Of a stretch of DNA of 64,000 bases, positions 1 to 8,749 are shown piece after piece; within the stretch, counting starts at the first letter, position 1, and the number at the start of each line of letters is the position of its first letter. Under the pieces are notes generated by a model. The model saw nothing but the letters and a program-made list of their open reading frames with translations, did not search any database and was not told where the DNA came from. A program made the translations under genes and the position numbers. This stretch comes from an uncultured Planctomycetia bacterium (lineage in GTDB: Bacteria > Omnitrophota > Gorgyraeia > Duberdicusellales > 4484-171): NCBI GenBank assembly GCA_964629655.1, contig CAZVQU010000001.1, forward strand, positions 84,788-148,787, written 5' to 3'.

Positions 1-343
1 ACTGGGATGGTTTGGAAGCACCCGCAGCCATGGTATAAGTACAACCACTCTTTGCTGCCGAAGCTGTAAAACTACCTGTTACGCTATAAGCCCACCCATC
101 ATTAGGCAAGTCAATATCCAAGGCAGTATTACAGGCAGCATATCCGCTACAAGTCACATATGAATAATTCTCTAAATATTCAATTTTCTCAGCGGTATGC
201 ATCAGCCTTACCTGAGTTGAGGCTTGCCGTCCTTCTGCCCTTCGTCTGACTCCCAGGTAACCGGGTATAGCAAAAGCACTAATTACACCGACTATCCCCA
301 CAACTAAAAGCAACTCTAATAAAGTAAAACTCTTCCTGTCCAT
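1..343 (-). CDS. Type IV pilin-like protein (prepilin N-terminus), 3' end runs off the window
   Basis: Minus-strand ATG at 343..341 gives MDRKSFTLLELLLVVGIVGVISAFAIPGY..., a class III signal (FTLLE, E at +5). Downstream it carries the ...WAYSVTGSF... motif shared with the adjacent pilins. No stop is reached before position 1. Confidence 0.7.
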   Translation of the reverse strand, partial: MDRKSFTLLELLLVVGIVGVISAFAIPGYLGVRRRAEGRQASTQVRLMHTAEKIEYLENYSYVTCSGYAACNTALDIDLPNDGWAYSVTGSFTASAAKSGCTYTMAAGASKPSQ

Positions 344-346
344 AGG

Positions 347-790
347 TTATTCATAACATGCCGGAACATTAATAACACCAGTAGCTATATCAGAGGTGAT
401 TAGAGTGCCAGCCGGGCAACTGCCAATAGCCGTTGTGTTGCTTGCCCTGATCTGGCCGCCTGCGGTTACAGAATAAGTAAAAAGAGTATCATTGTCAACA
501 ACGTCTAAATTCATACCGCTTACTGCCGTGCCTATCGTGGCTTCCACCGCATCGGCAGCCACAACCCAATAAGAACCGTAATCCACCTTATACATCTTTT
601 CTGCCTCAGCTATTAAAGCTATGGCATGTTTGGCTTTGCCGGCTTTGGCCTTAACTGCAACTTTATGATAGGTAACCTTTCCCAGGGTTGCCAGTATGCC
701 AACTATAATTACCGCAATTATAAGCTCAAGAATAGTAAAAGTTAAACGCTTTCGATTACCTTTTTGATCCCTTTTATTTTTTTGCCGCAA
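347..790 (-). CDS. Type IV pilin/pseudopilin paralog (TTG start, 16-aa basic leader, noncanonical -1 Thr)
   Basis: N-terminus ...KRLT|FTILELIIAVIIVGILA is a prepilin hydrophobic helix with E+5. The C-terminal region has the Cys pair CPAGT...PAC. The central AVEATIGTAVSGMNL..VDND..F.YSVTAG block is near-identical to the 809..1240 paralog. Confidence 0.75.
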   Translation of the reverse strand: MRQKNKRDQKGNRKRLTFTILELIIAVIIVGILATLGKVTYHKVAVKAKAGKAKHAIALIAEAEKMYKVDYGSYWVVAADAVEATIGTAVSGMNLDVVDNDTLFTYSVTAGGQIRASNTTAIGSCPAGTLITSDIATGVINVPACYE

Positions 791-808
791 ATTACGCCCC
801 GATTTAAG

Positions 809-1240
809 TCAGTTCCAACACCCAGGAAGACCACCCCAGTTACCAGTATCCACATTAAGAGTTATCACGTCACCTACTCCACAACCGCCAATAGCACCTT
901 TAGGAGTCCCGGAAACCACACCAGCAGTTACAGAATAATCAAAATCATCATCGTTATCTACAGCGGCTAAATTTATGCCGGTTACTGCCGTGCCTATTGT
1001 AGCTTCCACCGCACCAGCAACCACTGCGATATACACATCATTTTTTAATTGGTAAATACTCTCGGCCTTAGCCACTAAGGCAATAGCTTGCCTGGCTTTA
1101 CTGGCTTTGGCCCTCACCACTGCCCCGCGATACTGAGGCACTACTACACCTACCAAGATACTTATGACAATCGCCACAACCATAAGCTCTATAAGAGTTA
1201 GACAAACTCGGCGATTTTCTCTCTTTAATCTTAATTTCAT
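809..1240 (-). CDS. Type IV pilin/pseudopilin paralog (noncanonical -1 Cys, Leu at +1)
   Basis: N-terminus MKLRLKRENRRVC|LTLIELMVVAIVISILVG. It has the shared AVEATIGTAVTGINL..VDND.DFDYSVTAG block and a C-terminal Cys pair GGCGVGD...PGCWN. Confidence 0.75.
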   Translation of the reverse strand: MKLRLKRENRRVCLTLIELMVVAIVISILVGVVVPQYRGAVVRAKASKARQAIALVAKAESIYQLKNDVYIAVVAGAVEATIGTAVTGINLAAVDNDDDFDYSVTAGVVSGTPKGAIGGCGVGDVITLNVDTGNWGGLPGCWN

Positions 1241-1331
1241 TAACTTCTATTCTCTAAAAAAGGCTTTGACTTATTTACCTTTTTTAAACGAACCGGCTTA
1301 CGAACTGCGAATTAAAATGCTAAGCTAGGCG

Positions 1332-1760
1332 TCAAGGACATCCGATTGCACAAGCAGCCGCATCGGCAGACAGTGTCTTGCCACTTTGTATACACTTGCT
1401 ATAGCTAAGCCTACCACCGGTACCACTGGTTCTCGCCGCCTGAATATAAGCAGTAGATGCAGTTCCGGCTCCTACTACGGTATAGCTAAAATTGGTTGAT
1501 GAAGGCAAAGCCATGGTAATATCAGTAGTACCATCACCATCAACGTCAACTACAATAGGAAAGGAAGCTGTATAGGCTCCACTAGCTGAAAATTCAGCTA
1601 ACTCAGCATCCCTTATTGATTGCATTGTTGTGAAAGCCTCTGCTTCACGAGCTTTTTCTATCTGAGCAAGGAACTGGGGAAAAGCTACTGATGCCAAAAT
1701 AGATACGATAATCACCACGATTATCAACTCCATGAGAGTAAAACCACCTCTTCTTCTCAT
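1332..1760 (-). CDS. Type IV pilin, canonical prepilin (MRRRGG|FTLMEL), candidate major pilin
   Basis: The ORF track extends to 1799, but an internal ATG at 1760 is preceded by a perfect AAAGGAGGAG Shine-Dalgarno sequence. This start gives a classical 6-aa leader with Gly at -1, Phe at +1 and Glu at +5. The C-terminus has the Cys pair C...AAACAIGC. Confidence 0.8.
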   Translation of the reverse strand: MRRRGGFTLMELIIVVIIVSILASVAFPQFLAQIEKAREAEAFTTMQSIRDAELAEFSASGAYTASFPIVVDVDGDGTTDITMALPSSTNFSYTVVGAGTASTAYIQAARTSGTGGRLSYSKCIQSGKTLSADAAACAIGCP

Positions 1761-1873
1761 ACGACTCCTCCTTTTTTTCTTCTTATTCTTAAAATACATT
1801 TATCTCCTCTGCTTCTTTTTATACCACGCTCTCTGCCTCAATGTCAACCGAAATAAAAGATATTTACTTTTAT

Positions 1874-3103
1874 TTATCCCAAAGTAGAAAGCTTAAATAA
1901 AGGTAAAAATAAAGCAATGACAACACCTCCGACCATCACTCCGATAAGAACAATCATAACTGGTTCAAAAGCAGCAATAAGACGCTCTATGCGTGAAGTA
2001 AGATCCTTTTGATAGTGAGCAGATATTTTACTAAAGACCTGAGGCATATTCCCAGTCTCTTCGCCAATTTTGGCCATCTCTGAAATCAAAAGAGGAAAAA
2101 TCTCTAATTTCCGAAATTCATCGGATAAAGAGGCTCCATCCCTTACTCTTTCGGTTACTTGGAGAAGGCTTTTTTCTAAAACAGAATTACCTGTTCCGCG
2201 CGCGACAACCTCCAAGGTATACACCAAAGGTAATCCGCTGTCTAGAAGAATGAAAATCGTAGAAGTGAGACGCTCCAGGGCGGTAAGAGATGCTAAATCA
2301 CCGATAATCGGCAATTTCAATTTTATCCTATCCCAAAGCTTCTTGGTCTCTGTTTGCTTTGCAAAAAAGGAAAAACCAAAAACTACACCAGCCATAATAG
2401 CCAAAACTAAAATAAAATTCGTCTCTAAAAATTTGCTTATGCTAAAAAGAGTTCTGGTAAGCAGGGGAAGCTCTATATCAAACTGTTCAAATAAACTAGT
2501 AAATTTAGGAAGAATAAGCTTAAAGAATATAAGAACCGCTCCAATCGCTACAAATAAAAGAATAGCCGGATAAATAAGCGCTCCTTTGATCTTTCTTTCA
2601 AAATTTATCCTTACCTCTAAATAATCAGCTATTTTTTCTAAAACGAATGGGAGATTTCCCGAAGCTTCCCCTACCTCTACCAAGCCTCTCCAAAGAGGAG
2701 AAAAAACTCTAGGATACTTAACAATCGCCTCGCTCAAGGATAGCCCTTCTTTTATATATTCACTGCACTGCTTTAATATTTTCTCAAGCCTGACACTCTC
2801 AGCCTGGAAAGAAAGAATCTCTAAGCTTCTTAAGAGAGTGAGCCCGCTAGAAAGTGTAGTCGAAAGATTACGGGCAAGGAATGCTAAGTCATTAGGCTCA
2901 ATCTTGGTCCGTTTGCCTTTAGTGGTAATAAATGAGGAAAAAAAGGAAGGACCCCCCGTCCTTTCTTTCACTTCTTTTATCGATACTATGAATAAACCTT
3001 TTGCTCTAAGCCTGGCGATGACATCGTCTCGTGTGGAAAGTTTTACAACTTCTTCTACAGTTTTACCCTCCTGTGTTTTTGCTACATACTTAAATTTCGG
3101 CAT
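1874..3103 (-). CDS. pilC: Type IV pilus inner-membrane platform protein PilC (GspF family)
   Basis: 409 aa with two T2SS-F-like repeats and three TM segments. It sits next to a GspE-family ATPase and the pilins. Confidence 0.85.
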   Translation of the reverse strand: MPKFKYVAKTQEGKTVEEVVKLSTRDDVIARLRAKGLFIVSIKEVKERTGGPSFFSSFITTKGKRTKIEPNDLAFLARNLSTTLSSGLTLLRSLEILSFQAESVRLEKILKQCSEYIKEGLSLSEAIVKYPRVFSPLWRGLVEVGEASGNLPFVLEKIADYLEVRINFERKIKGALIYPAILLFVAIGAVLIFFKLILPKFTSLFEQFDIELPLLTRTLFSISKFLETNFILVLAIMAGVVFGFSFFAKQTETKKLWDRIKLKLPIIGDLASLTALERLTSTIFILLDSGLPLVYTLEVVARGTGNSVLEKSLLQVTERVRDGASLSDEFRKLEIFPLLISEMAKIGEETGNMPQVFSKISAHYQKDLTSRIERLIAAFEPVMIVLIGVMVGGVVIALFLPLFKLSTLG

Positions 3104-3174
3104 GGTTATTCTTTTTTGGCGTCGGTTCTCTACTTTTCAGTACGCACTTTATTAGAAAGCTACCCCTTTCATTT

Positions 3175-4884
3175 CTATACTCCAGCCACAGAAAGAACTT
3201 CTTCTAAAGAAGTAACGCCTTCCTCAACCCTTTTGAATCCACTCTCTAGTAGAGGTAAGGTTCCTTTCTTTTTAGCTACTTCCATAATTTGCGAAGAAGA
3301 CAAACCCTTGTGCACCGCCGCTTTAATCTCATCATCAATCAAAACAACCTCATTGATTACTGATCTTCCTTTATAACCGATAAAGTTACACTTCTCACAA
3401 CCTTTAGGTTTGTAAATAACCGGAGAGCTCGAAGTAATGCTCTGAGGAATGTCTTCAGGCCTAACTTCGTAAGGCTCCTTGCAATCAGGGCAAAGATTTC
3501 TTATCAATCGCTGAGCAATGATAAGCCGCAGCGATGCCACAACAAGGTAATTAGGCATACCTATATCAACTAATCTATCAATTGTAGAAATTGCATCATT
3601 CGTATGCAGGGTCGAGAACACTAAGTGCCCGGTAAGGGCTGCTCTGATGGTCATCTCAGCAGTTTCTAAATCTCTTATCTCACCTATTAGTATTATATCG
3701 GGATCTTGCCTTAAGAAACACTTTAAGGCGTTAGCAAAAGTTAGACCTATTTCCGGCTTGACCTGAACCTGATTTATCCCTGCAATTCTATATTCCACTG
3801 GATCTTCAGCAGTGAGAATATTTTTAGCCGTTGACTTCACCTCATTTAAAGCAGCATAAAGTGTGGTCGACTTACCTGACCCTGTAGGCCCGACAAGGAG
3901 AACAAGGCCGCAAGAACAATCAACTCCACGCCGTATACTCTCTAACTCCTGAGGTAGAAAACCCAAGCTTGCTAAATCTAAGGATATACGGCTCTTATCA
4001 AGAATTCTTAAAACTATTTTTTCTCCGTAAATAGTGGGCATAGATGAAACGCGTAAGTCTATAAACCGCTTACCTATCTTTACCATAAATCCACCATCTT
4101 GAGGAAGACGTTTCTCGGCAATATCCATCTTAGAAAGAATCTTTATCCGGGAAATAATCGGTAAGTAAAGTGATGTCGAGGGCGAAGGCATATCATACAA
4201 AATACCGTCAATCCTATACCTTAAACTTAACTTATCATAATGAGGTTCCAGATGTATATCGGAAGCATTTTCCTCAATCGACTGCCTTATTAAAAGGTCT
4301 ACCAGTTTTACTACCGGCGCCTCTTCAGCCTGAGCGATTAGTTTATCCAAGCTTAGGTCTGTCTCCTCTGAGGATATTTCTTTTATCTCCCCTCCAAAAC
4401 CACCATCACCGGCAGCCTGAATAGCTTCCCGAAAAATCTTCTCTTTCCCGTAGAAATCCCCAATGGCCTTTAGAATATTCGCCTTGGTAGATACGACAGG
4501 ATTTATTTCGCAGCCAGTAATTTTCTTAAGATTATCAATAAGGATTAAATCTAGGGGATCAAACATTACAACGGTTAAAGAATTAAGATTGCGAGAGAGA
4601 GGCAGGACAATATTTCTTATCGCAAAATCGTGAAGAAGCAATGTTTCTAAATTCTGGTCAGGCGTAGGGGTAAGCCTACCCGAAGCTAAAGAGATATAAG
4701 GAATAGCTAGCTGCTTACTTAAAGCAACAACCCTCTGCTCGTCATTTACATAACCTAAGTTGATTAAAACCTCTCCTAATTTACCCCCCTCTTTTGCTTG
4801 TAAGGCTATAGCCTCCTCAAGTTGTTTCTCGGTAATAATACCTTCAGAAATTAATATGTCCCCTAATCTTTTATATCTTGCCAT
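3175..4884 (-). CDS. pilB: Type IV pilus assembly ATPase PilB (GspE family) with an MshEN-type N-terminal domain
   Basis: Walker A motif GPTGSGKSTT and a C-terminal tetracysteine CPDC...CEKC. The N-terminus RLGDILISEGIITEKQLEEAIALQ / KLGEVLINLGYVNDEQRVVALSKQ matches the tandem 24-aa MshEN c-di-GMP-binding motif. Confidence 0.9.
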   Translation of the reverse strand: MARYKRLGDILISEGIITEKQLEEAIALQAKEGGKLGEVLINLGYVNDEQRVVALSKQLAIPYISLASGRLTPTPDQNLETLLLHDFAIRNIVLPLSRNLNSLTVVMFDPLDLILIDNLKKITGCEINPVVSTKANILKAIGDFYGKEKIFREAIQAAGDGGFGGEIKEISSEETDLSLDKLIAQAEEAPVVKLVDLLIRQSIEENASDIHLEPHYDKLSLRYRIDGILYDMPSPSTSLYLPIISRIKILSKMDIAEKRLPQDGGFMVKIGKRFIDLRVSSMPTIYGEKIVLRILDKSRISLDLASLGFLPQELESIRRGVDCSCGLVLLVGPTGSGKSTTLYAALNEVKSTAKNILTAEDPVEYRIAGINQVQVKPEIGLTFANALKCFLRQDPDIILIGEIRDLETAEMTIRAALTGHLVFSTLHTNDAISTIDRLVDIGMPNYLVVASLRLIIAQRLIRNLCPDCKEPYEVRPEDIPQSITSSSPVIYKPKGCEKCNFIGYKGRSVINEVVLIDDEIKAAVHKGLSSSQIMEVAKKKGTLPLLESGFKRVEEGVTSLEEVLSVAGV

Positions 4885-4928
4885 CTTTTGAAAATGTTAC
4901 ACGGACGATAATGGAATAACCTAACGAT

Positions 4929-6395
4929 TTATTTATGATGACGGTCTAAAGCAACTCTTACCGAACTTTCCTTTGAATAATTTTGTTGTTCCCGGGAAAG
5001 AGCCCTTGCTTTCTTAATCAAGTTTTCTCTATCTCTCAAAATACTCGGTGTTAAAAACACAAAAAGTTCCCGATTCATATTATCAGCTATAGGCCGGCTT
5101 TTGTAACGGAAAAGGCTTCCGAGAATAGGAATGTCCCCTAAGAAAGGTATCTTTGTAATAGTTTTCTGATCCTCTTTTTTCAATAACCCTCCGATAAAGA
5201 GTGTCTCTCCAGCCTTAAGCCTAATTATAGACTTAGTGCCTCTCTCTTCAACATTCTTTACAAAGCCATCAGTCATTCCCGATATTGAGATGCCACTATC
5301 CGTAGATTCCCGATTGAACACATCAATAACTAAGGTAATTTCATCAGTGCCTATGCTTACTTGAGGAGTAACCCTTAGCCTCGTTCCTGTATCATCTCTT
5401 TCTACCGTCTGGGTAGTAGTACCATCTTCATTCGTGGTAGTAGTAAGGCCGACTACTTCATTCACGGTAAGATTAACCTCTGCGGTTTCGTTAGCGAGAG
5501 TAAGTATTCTTGGTCGGGCAAGAAACTTTGTGGTGGTATCTTTTGATAAAAATTGCATTACTGTTGTGAATTGGGTGAAATTTAATGTTGAAAGAGTAGG
5601 ATTGGCACCACCTAGACTTTGGCCCGACCACTTATCAAACCATGGAAATGTGGTTGCTCTTGAACCAGGAGTAAACGTACCATACAAACCATTTGCAAAG
5701 TTAAATCCTATTTGCTCAAGGCGAGACTTGGAAACATCCATCATCTCTACTTCAATCATAATTTTAGCAGGAGGAGTATCTAATTTACTTATCACTTGAT
5801 CAATCGCCGAAAATTGCACTGGCACATCAACCACAACCAAAGAATTCGTTACCGGATCTTCTGTCACCCTTCCGAATTCTGTCAGCACTGACTCTATGGC
5901 ACTCTTGATTCCTGTTCCTCCTTCGTCTCCGCCTTCTCCTCCGGATTCTCCTTCACTGTCGCCGCCTAATATATCTGCAACTTCTGTTTCCATCTTGGAA
6001 GATTTTACCCTTACATATCTTAATTGATAAACTTTAGTCTTCAGCTCTAAGGTAGGTTTACCCATTTCCTTAACTATAAATATTTTAGGATCAGGGTAAT
6101 AATCATAAGCAAGGTTATTTGCCTTAAAGATTACATCCATTGCCTCCCTTAAAGGCACCTCTTCCATGTATAAAGTTAACACCCTTTCCTCTACTGCCTC
6201 GGTAGAGATAAAGTTAAGCTTGATTTGCTGAGAAAGCATCTTTAAAACGTCTACCAATCGCGCACTCTCTAAATCCAAAGACACTTTCCTATCAAAGCTT
6301 TCGAGTAAATAGTCTCCGTAGATATTGTCCTGAGAAAAAACCCCGCTTGACGAAAGCATAAGAAACAGAAAAACCATTAAAAAACCCTTTTTCAT
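4929..6395 (-). CDS. pilQ: Secretin PilQ (short form, 488 aa)
   Basis: Signal peptide at the N-terminus. The C-terminal secretin domain ...IPFLGDIPILGSLFRYKS...ELFVFLTPSIL is present. There is a Gly/Glu-rich linker GGDSEGESGGEGGDEGGTG. Confidence 0.85.
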   Translation of the reverse strand: MKKGFLMVFLFLMLSSSGVFSQDNIYGDYLLESFDRKVSLDLESARLVDVLKMLSQQIKLNFISTEAVEERVLTLYMEEVPLREAMDVIFKANNLAYDYYPDPKIFIVKEMGKPTLELKTKVYQLRYVRVKSSKMETEVADILGGDSEGESGGEGGDEGGTGIKSAIESVLTEFGRVTEDPVTNSLVVVDVPVQFSAIDQVISKLDTPPAKIMIEVEMMDVSKSRLEQIGFNFANGLYGTFTPGSRATTFPWFDKWSGQSLGGANPTLSTLNFTQFTTVMQFLSKDTTTKFLARPRILTLANETAEVNLTVNEVVGLTTTTNEDGTTTQTVERDDTGTRLRVTPQVSIGTDEITLVIDVFNRESTDSGISISGMTDGFVKNVEERGTKSIIRLKAGETLFIGGLLKKEDQKTITKIPFLGDIPILGSLFRYKSRPIADNMNRELFVFLTPSILRDRENLIKKARALSREQQNYSKESSVRVALDRHHK

Positions 6396-6760
6396 ATCTC
6401 CTCCTCTTTTCCAACTCTCATTTTATATATTCTTTCTCCATAAGAAATAAATACTTCGCCTTCCTCAATTTTAAGAACTTGGGCATCTATATTTTTAAGC
6501 TTATCGCCAGGCTTGTAAACTTCTCCTTCAATTATCACTTGCGGGAAATCGCTCCGCCAAAGAATACCTTGTATAGTTATAGAAGGAATGTCACCCGCTA
6601 TCTCCTTAATTGCCTTCTTTTGTTCTTCTCCTCCCTTCTTTATCTTTACCTCTACTTGCGGCAATAAAGACTCGAAGGGATCCTTGTATTTGCTCTGAGA
6701 ATAGGCAAAACTTAAAAAACCTAAAGATACTAGAATAAAAATAAATATTTTCTTCATCAT
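6392..6760 (-). CDS. PilP-like pilus assembly lipoprotein
   Basis: Signal peptide followed by a KDPFESLLP motif. A beta-domain ITIQGILWRSDFPQVIIEGEVYKPGDKL is present. It lies immediately upstream of the secretin and overlaps its start by 4 nt. Confidence 0.6.
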   Translation of the reverse strand: MMKKIFIFILVSLGFLSFAYSQSKYKDPFESLLPQVEVKIKKGGEEQKKAIKEIAGDIPSITIQGILWRSDFPQVIIEGEVYKPGDKLKNIDAQVLKIEEGEVFISYGERIYKMRVGKEEEI

Positions 6761-7251
6761 TCTTTAATAATAAACCCTTTTAGTGCTAAATTGATTATTT
6801 CATCCCTTTCCTCCCGACTGCTAGTTATCGTAACTCCTTCTACAGCTACGCCTTTCATTTCCATGGCCTTCACAAAATCCGTAAAATCTTTATAAGAACA
6901 TATCATACCTAGGTTCATCACCATCTCCCAATAAAGCTTCTTTTCTACATTAGAAGTCTTTATGGAAGTGATCTTTATTCCAAGACCATTAGCTTTTTCC
7001 TCTACAAACTTTTTAAAAGTTAAGGTATCTTTGGTTAAAAACTTACTGGCTAATTCTGCGGTATTCCGCTCTAGATTCTTCCACCTTTCTATTATTCTCT
7101 CCCCTTCCTCCAGCTCCTGCGCTTTTACAATCACCTCCTCCCTCTTTAAGGAATGCTGAGAGATTATGCCCTTAGCTATTCGGACGAAAGTAATAATAAT
7201 GATTATTCCGATAATTATATTTTTGTATGGTGAAAGAATTTTTGCATCCAT
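6757..7251 (-). CDS. PilO-like inner-membrane pilus assembly protein
   Basis: A single N-terminal TM segment (IIIGIIIIITFV) is followed by coiled-coil and periplasmic segments. It sits between the pilM/N and pilP genes. Confidence 0.5.
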   Translation of the reverse strand: MDAKILSPYKNIIIGIIIIITFVRIAKGIISQHSLKREEVIVKAQELEEGERIIERWKNLERNTAELASKFLTKDTLTFKKFVEEKANGLGIKITSIKTSNVEKKLYWEMVMNLGMICSYKDFTDFVKAMEMKGVAVEGVTITSSREERDEIINLALKGFIIKE

Positions 7252-7256
7252 AACCT

Positions 7257-8747
7257 TTATTCCTCCAAAGTAATAGAAAACTGTGTAACTTCAAAACTCT
7301 CTATTCTCTTCCTGTCAGAAGATTGAAGCTCTACCCTGCTAAAAATCGTCTTTATTGCCTTATCATTCTTTAAGTTAGAAATAAACTCATCTACCCCTAA
7401 CCTCTCTTTGTAATCATCATTACGGAAGATATAGCCGGTTATAACCGCTTTAAATTTTCCCTTTTTTCCAGCAATGTTTAGTCCGGAAAGCCATAACCTA
7501 CGCGGAAGTATATCTTCGGTAGCTATCCTCTCAAAAAGGGGAGAAAAATGGGGAAAAGTGGTTAGCACCTTTTTGATAGTATTAAGCTTCTCTTCCTCCA
7601 CGCTCAACTTCTCTGCCCTCTCCGACCAAGAAAGCACATCTAAAACAGCTGGTACAATCAACCTTTCTTCTTTTCTCTTCAAGGCAGAAGTCTTGCCCAC
7701 TATCTCATTTCCTAATATTAAAGAAAGAAATACGGTCGCGGTTAACCCGATACCTGTTAATAAACTTAATGTCTTTATCCTTAAAGCAACGCTTGCTCGA
7801 GGCCCCCTCAAAGGAGCCAAGCGTTCCTCAGTCTTTATCAAATAAGGTTTAAATTTATGAGGTAAATGCTCCCGGCCTGCCACGCCAAAAGCCTTGACAT
7901 TTTCCACTTGAGCATTATTGCGATTAGTCAAGTCATAGGATGAAACAGGCTCTACCTCAATCTGTAACCCTTCCTTCAAAGGCGAAACTAAACTCGCTAC
8001 GTTAGAATCTCCTACTATAATAAATCTATCTAATTCGTAATTTTTGAATTCTCTCTTAAAATACTGGAAAGAAAAGTTTACTACTTCAATAAAGCTATTT
8101 AAGTCAAGAACACCTTCCTTTCTAGGAACAATAAGGTAACGATTAAATACTGGTAAATCTTGTTGAAAAAAAGTGAGAGAGGCTTCAGCTTGATTAAAAT
8201 CCAGGATAACGAAATTTTTAGACTGAGCGAATTTCTTTAATGACTTTACAACCCTAGCCAAAGATATACAGGAAGGCTCTATTGTCACTGCTTTGAGCTC
8301 TAAGCGCGACAATATAGATTTAATCCTCTGAAAATTGCCCTCCTTTATTCCTACGAAAGAAAGGCTGATCTTCCTTTCTCTGGGAAAATTAACATAGCTA
8401 TAATCCCAGACTAACTCCTCCATTTTAAAAGGAATATACTTTTCCATCTCATAAGCCAAAGAAGACTCTATTTCCTTTTTCTTCATGGTAGGCATTTCAA
8501 GGGGTCTGAAAATGAAATCTCTATCAGCAAGAGAAACGTAGATATCGCTATCATCACTATTAGCCTCTCTTAAGGTCTTGTTTATCAAAGCTTCCCATCT
8601 TACATCCTCATTCTTGCTCTCACTTCCTGTCTCCTCTAAAGAAGAAAACTCAAACCTCCCTAAAGAAAGGATATCCTTACCCTGGAGTACTGTCACGCCT
8701 ACAGAATTTATTCCTAAATACAAGCCAACCTTTGTATCTTTCGCCAT
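7257..8747 (-). CDS. PilM-PilN fusion protein (actin-like ATPase fold plus TM and periplasmic PilN-like region)
   Basis: The N-terminal ~330 aa carry a PilM-like motif KKKEIESSLAYEMEKYIPFKMEELVWDY. A TM helix LSLLTGIGLTATVFLSLILG is then followed by a ~150 aa periplasmic domain. Confidence 0.6.
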   Translation of the reverse strand: MAKDTKVGLYLGINSVGVTVLQGKDILSLGRFEFSSLEETGSESKNEDVRWEALINKTLREANSDDSDIYVSLADRDFIFRPLEMPTMKKKEIESSLAYEMEKYIPFKMEELVWDYSYVNFPRERKISLSFVGIKEGNFQRIKSILSRLELKAVTIEPSCISLARVVKSLKKFAQSKNFVILDFNQAEASLTFFQQDLPVFNRYLIVPRKEGVLDLNSFIEVVNFSFQYFKREFKNYELDRFIIVGDSNVASLVSPLKEGLQIEVEPVSSYDLTNRNNAQVENVKAFGVAGREHLPHKFKPYLIKTEERLAPLRGPRASVALRIKTLSLLTGIGLTATVFLSLILGNEIVGKTSALKRKEERLIVPAVLDVLSWSERAEKLSVEEEKLNTIKKVLTTFPHFSPLFERIATEDILPRRLWLSGLNIAGKKGKFKAVITGYIFRNDDYKERLGVDEFISNLKNDKAIKTIFSRVELQSSDRKRIESFEVTQFSITLEE

Positions 8748-8749
8748 AC

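Noticed and set aside
1241-1331. Terminator after the putative major pilin gene
   Set aside because: Only a weak AAAAAGG...CCTTTTT pairing with a 14-nt loop is present. This is insufficient to call a terminator, although partial termination after major pilin genes is common.
1761-1799. Extremely basic 19-aa pilin leader (MYFKNKKKKRRSRMRRRGG) suggesting an unusual type IVb or archaeal-like prepilin
   Set aside because: This is an artefact of taking the most upstream ATG. An internal ATG at 1760 has a perfect AAAGGAGGAG RBS and gives a normal 6-aa leader MRRRGG|F.
2070-3376. Plus-strand ORFs of 86-167 aa inside pilC/pilB
   Set aside because: They lie fully antisense within strongly supported PilC/PilB genes, have no RBS, and their compositions are Ser/Leu-rich in the way antisense frames of AT-rich coding sequence typically are.
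5434-5799. Plus-strand 121-aa ORF inside the secretin gene
   Set aside because: It is antisense to pilQ and has no homology signal or start context. It is spurious.
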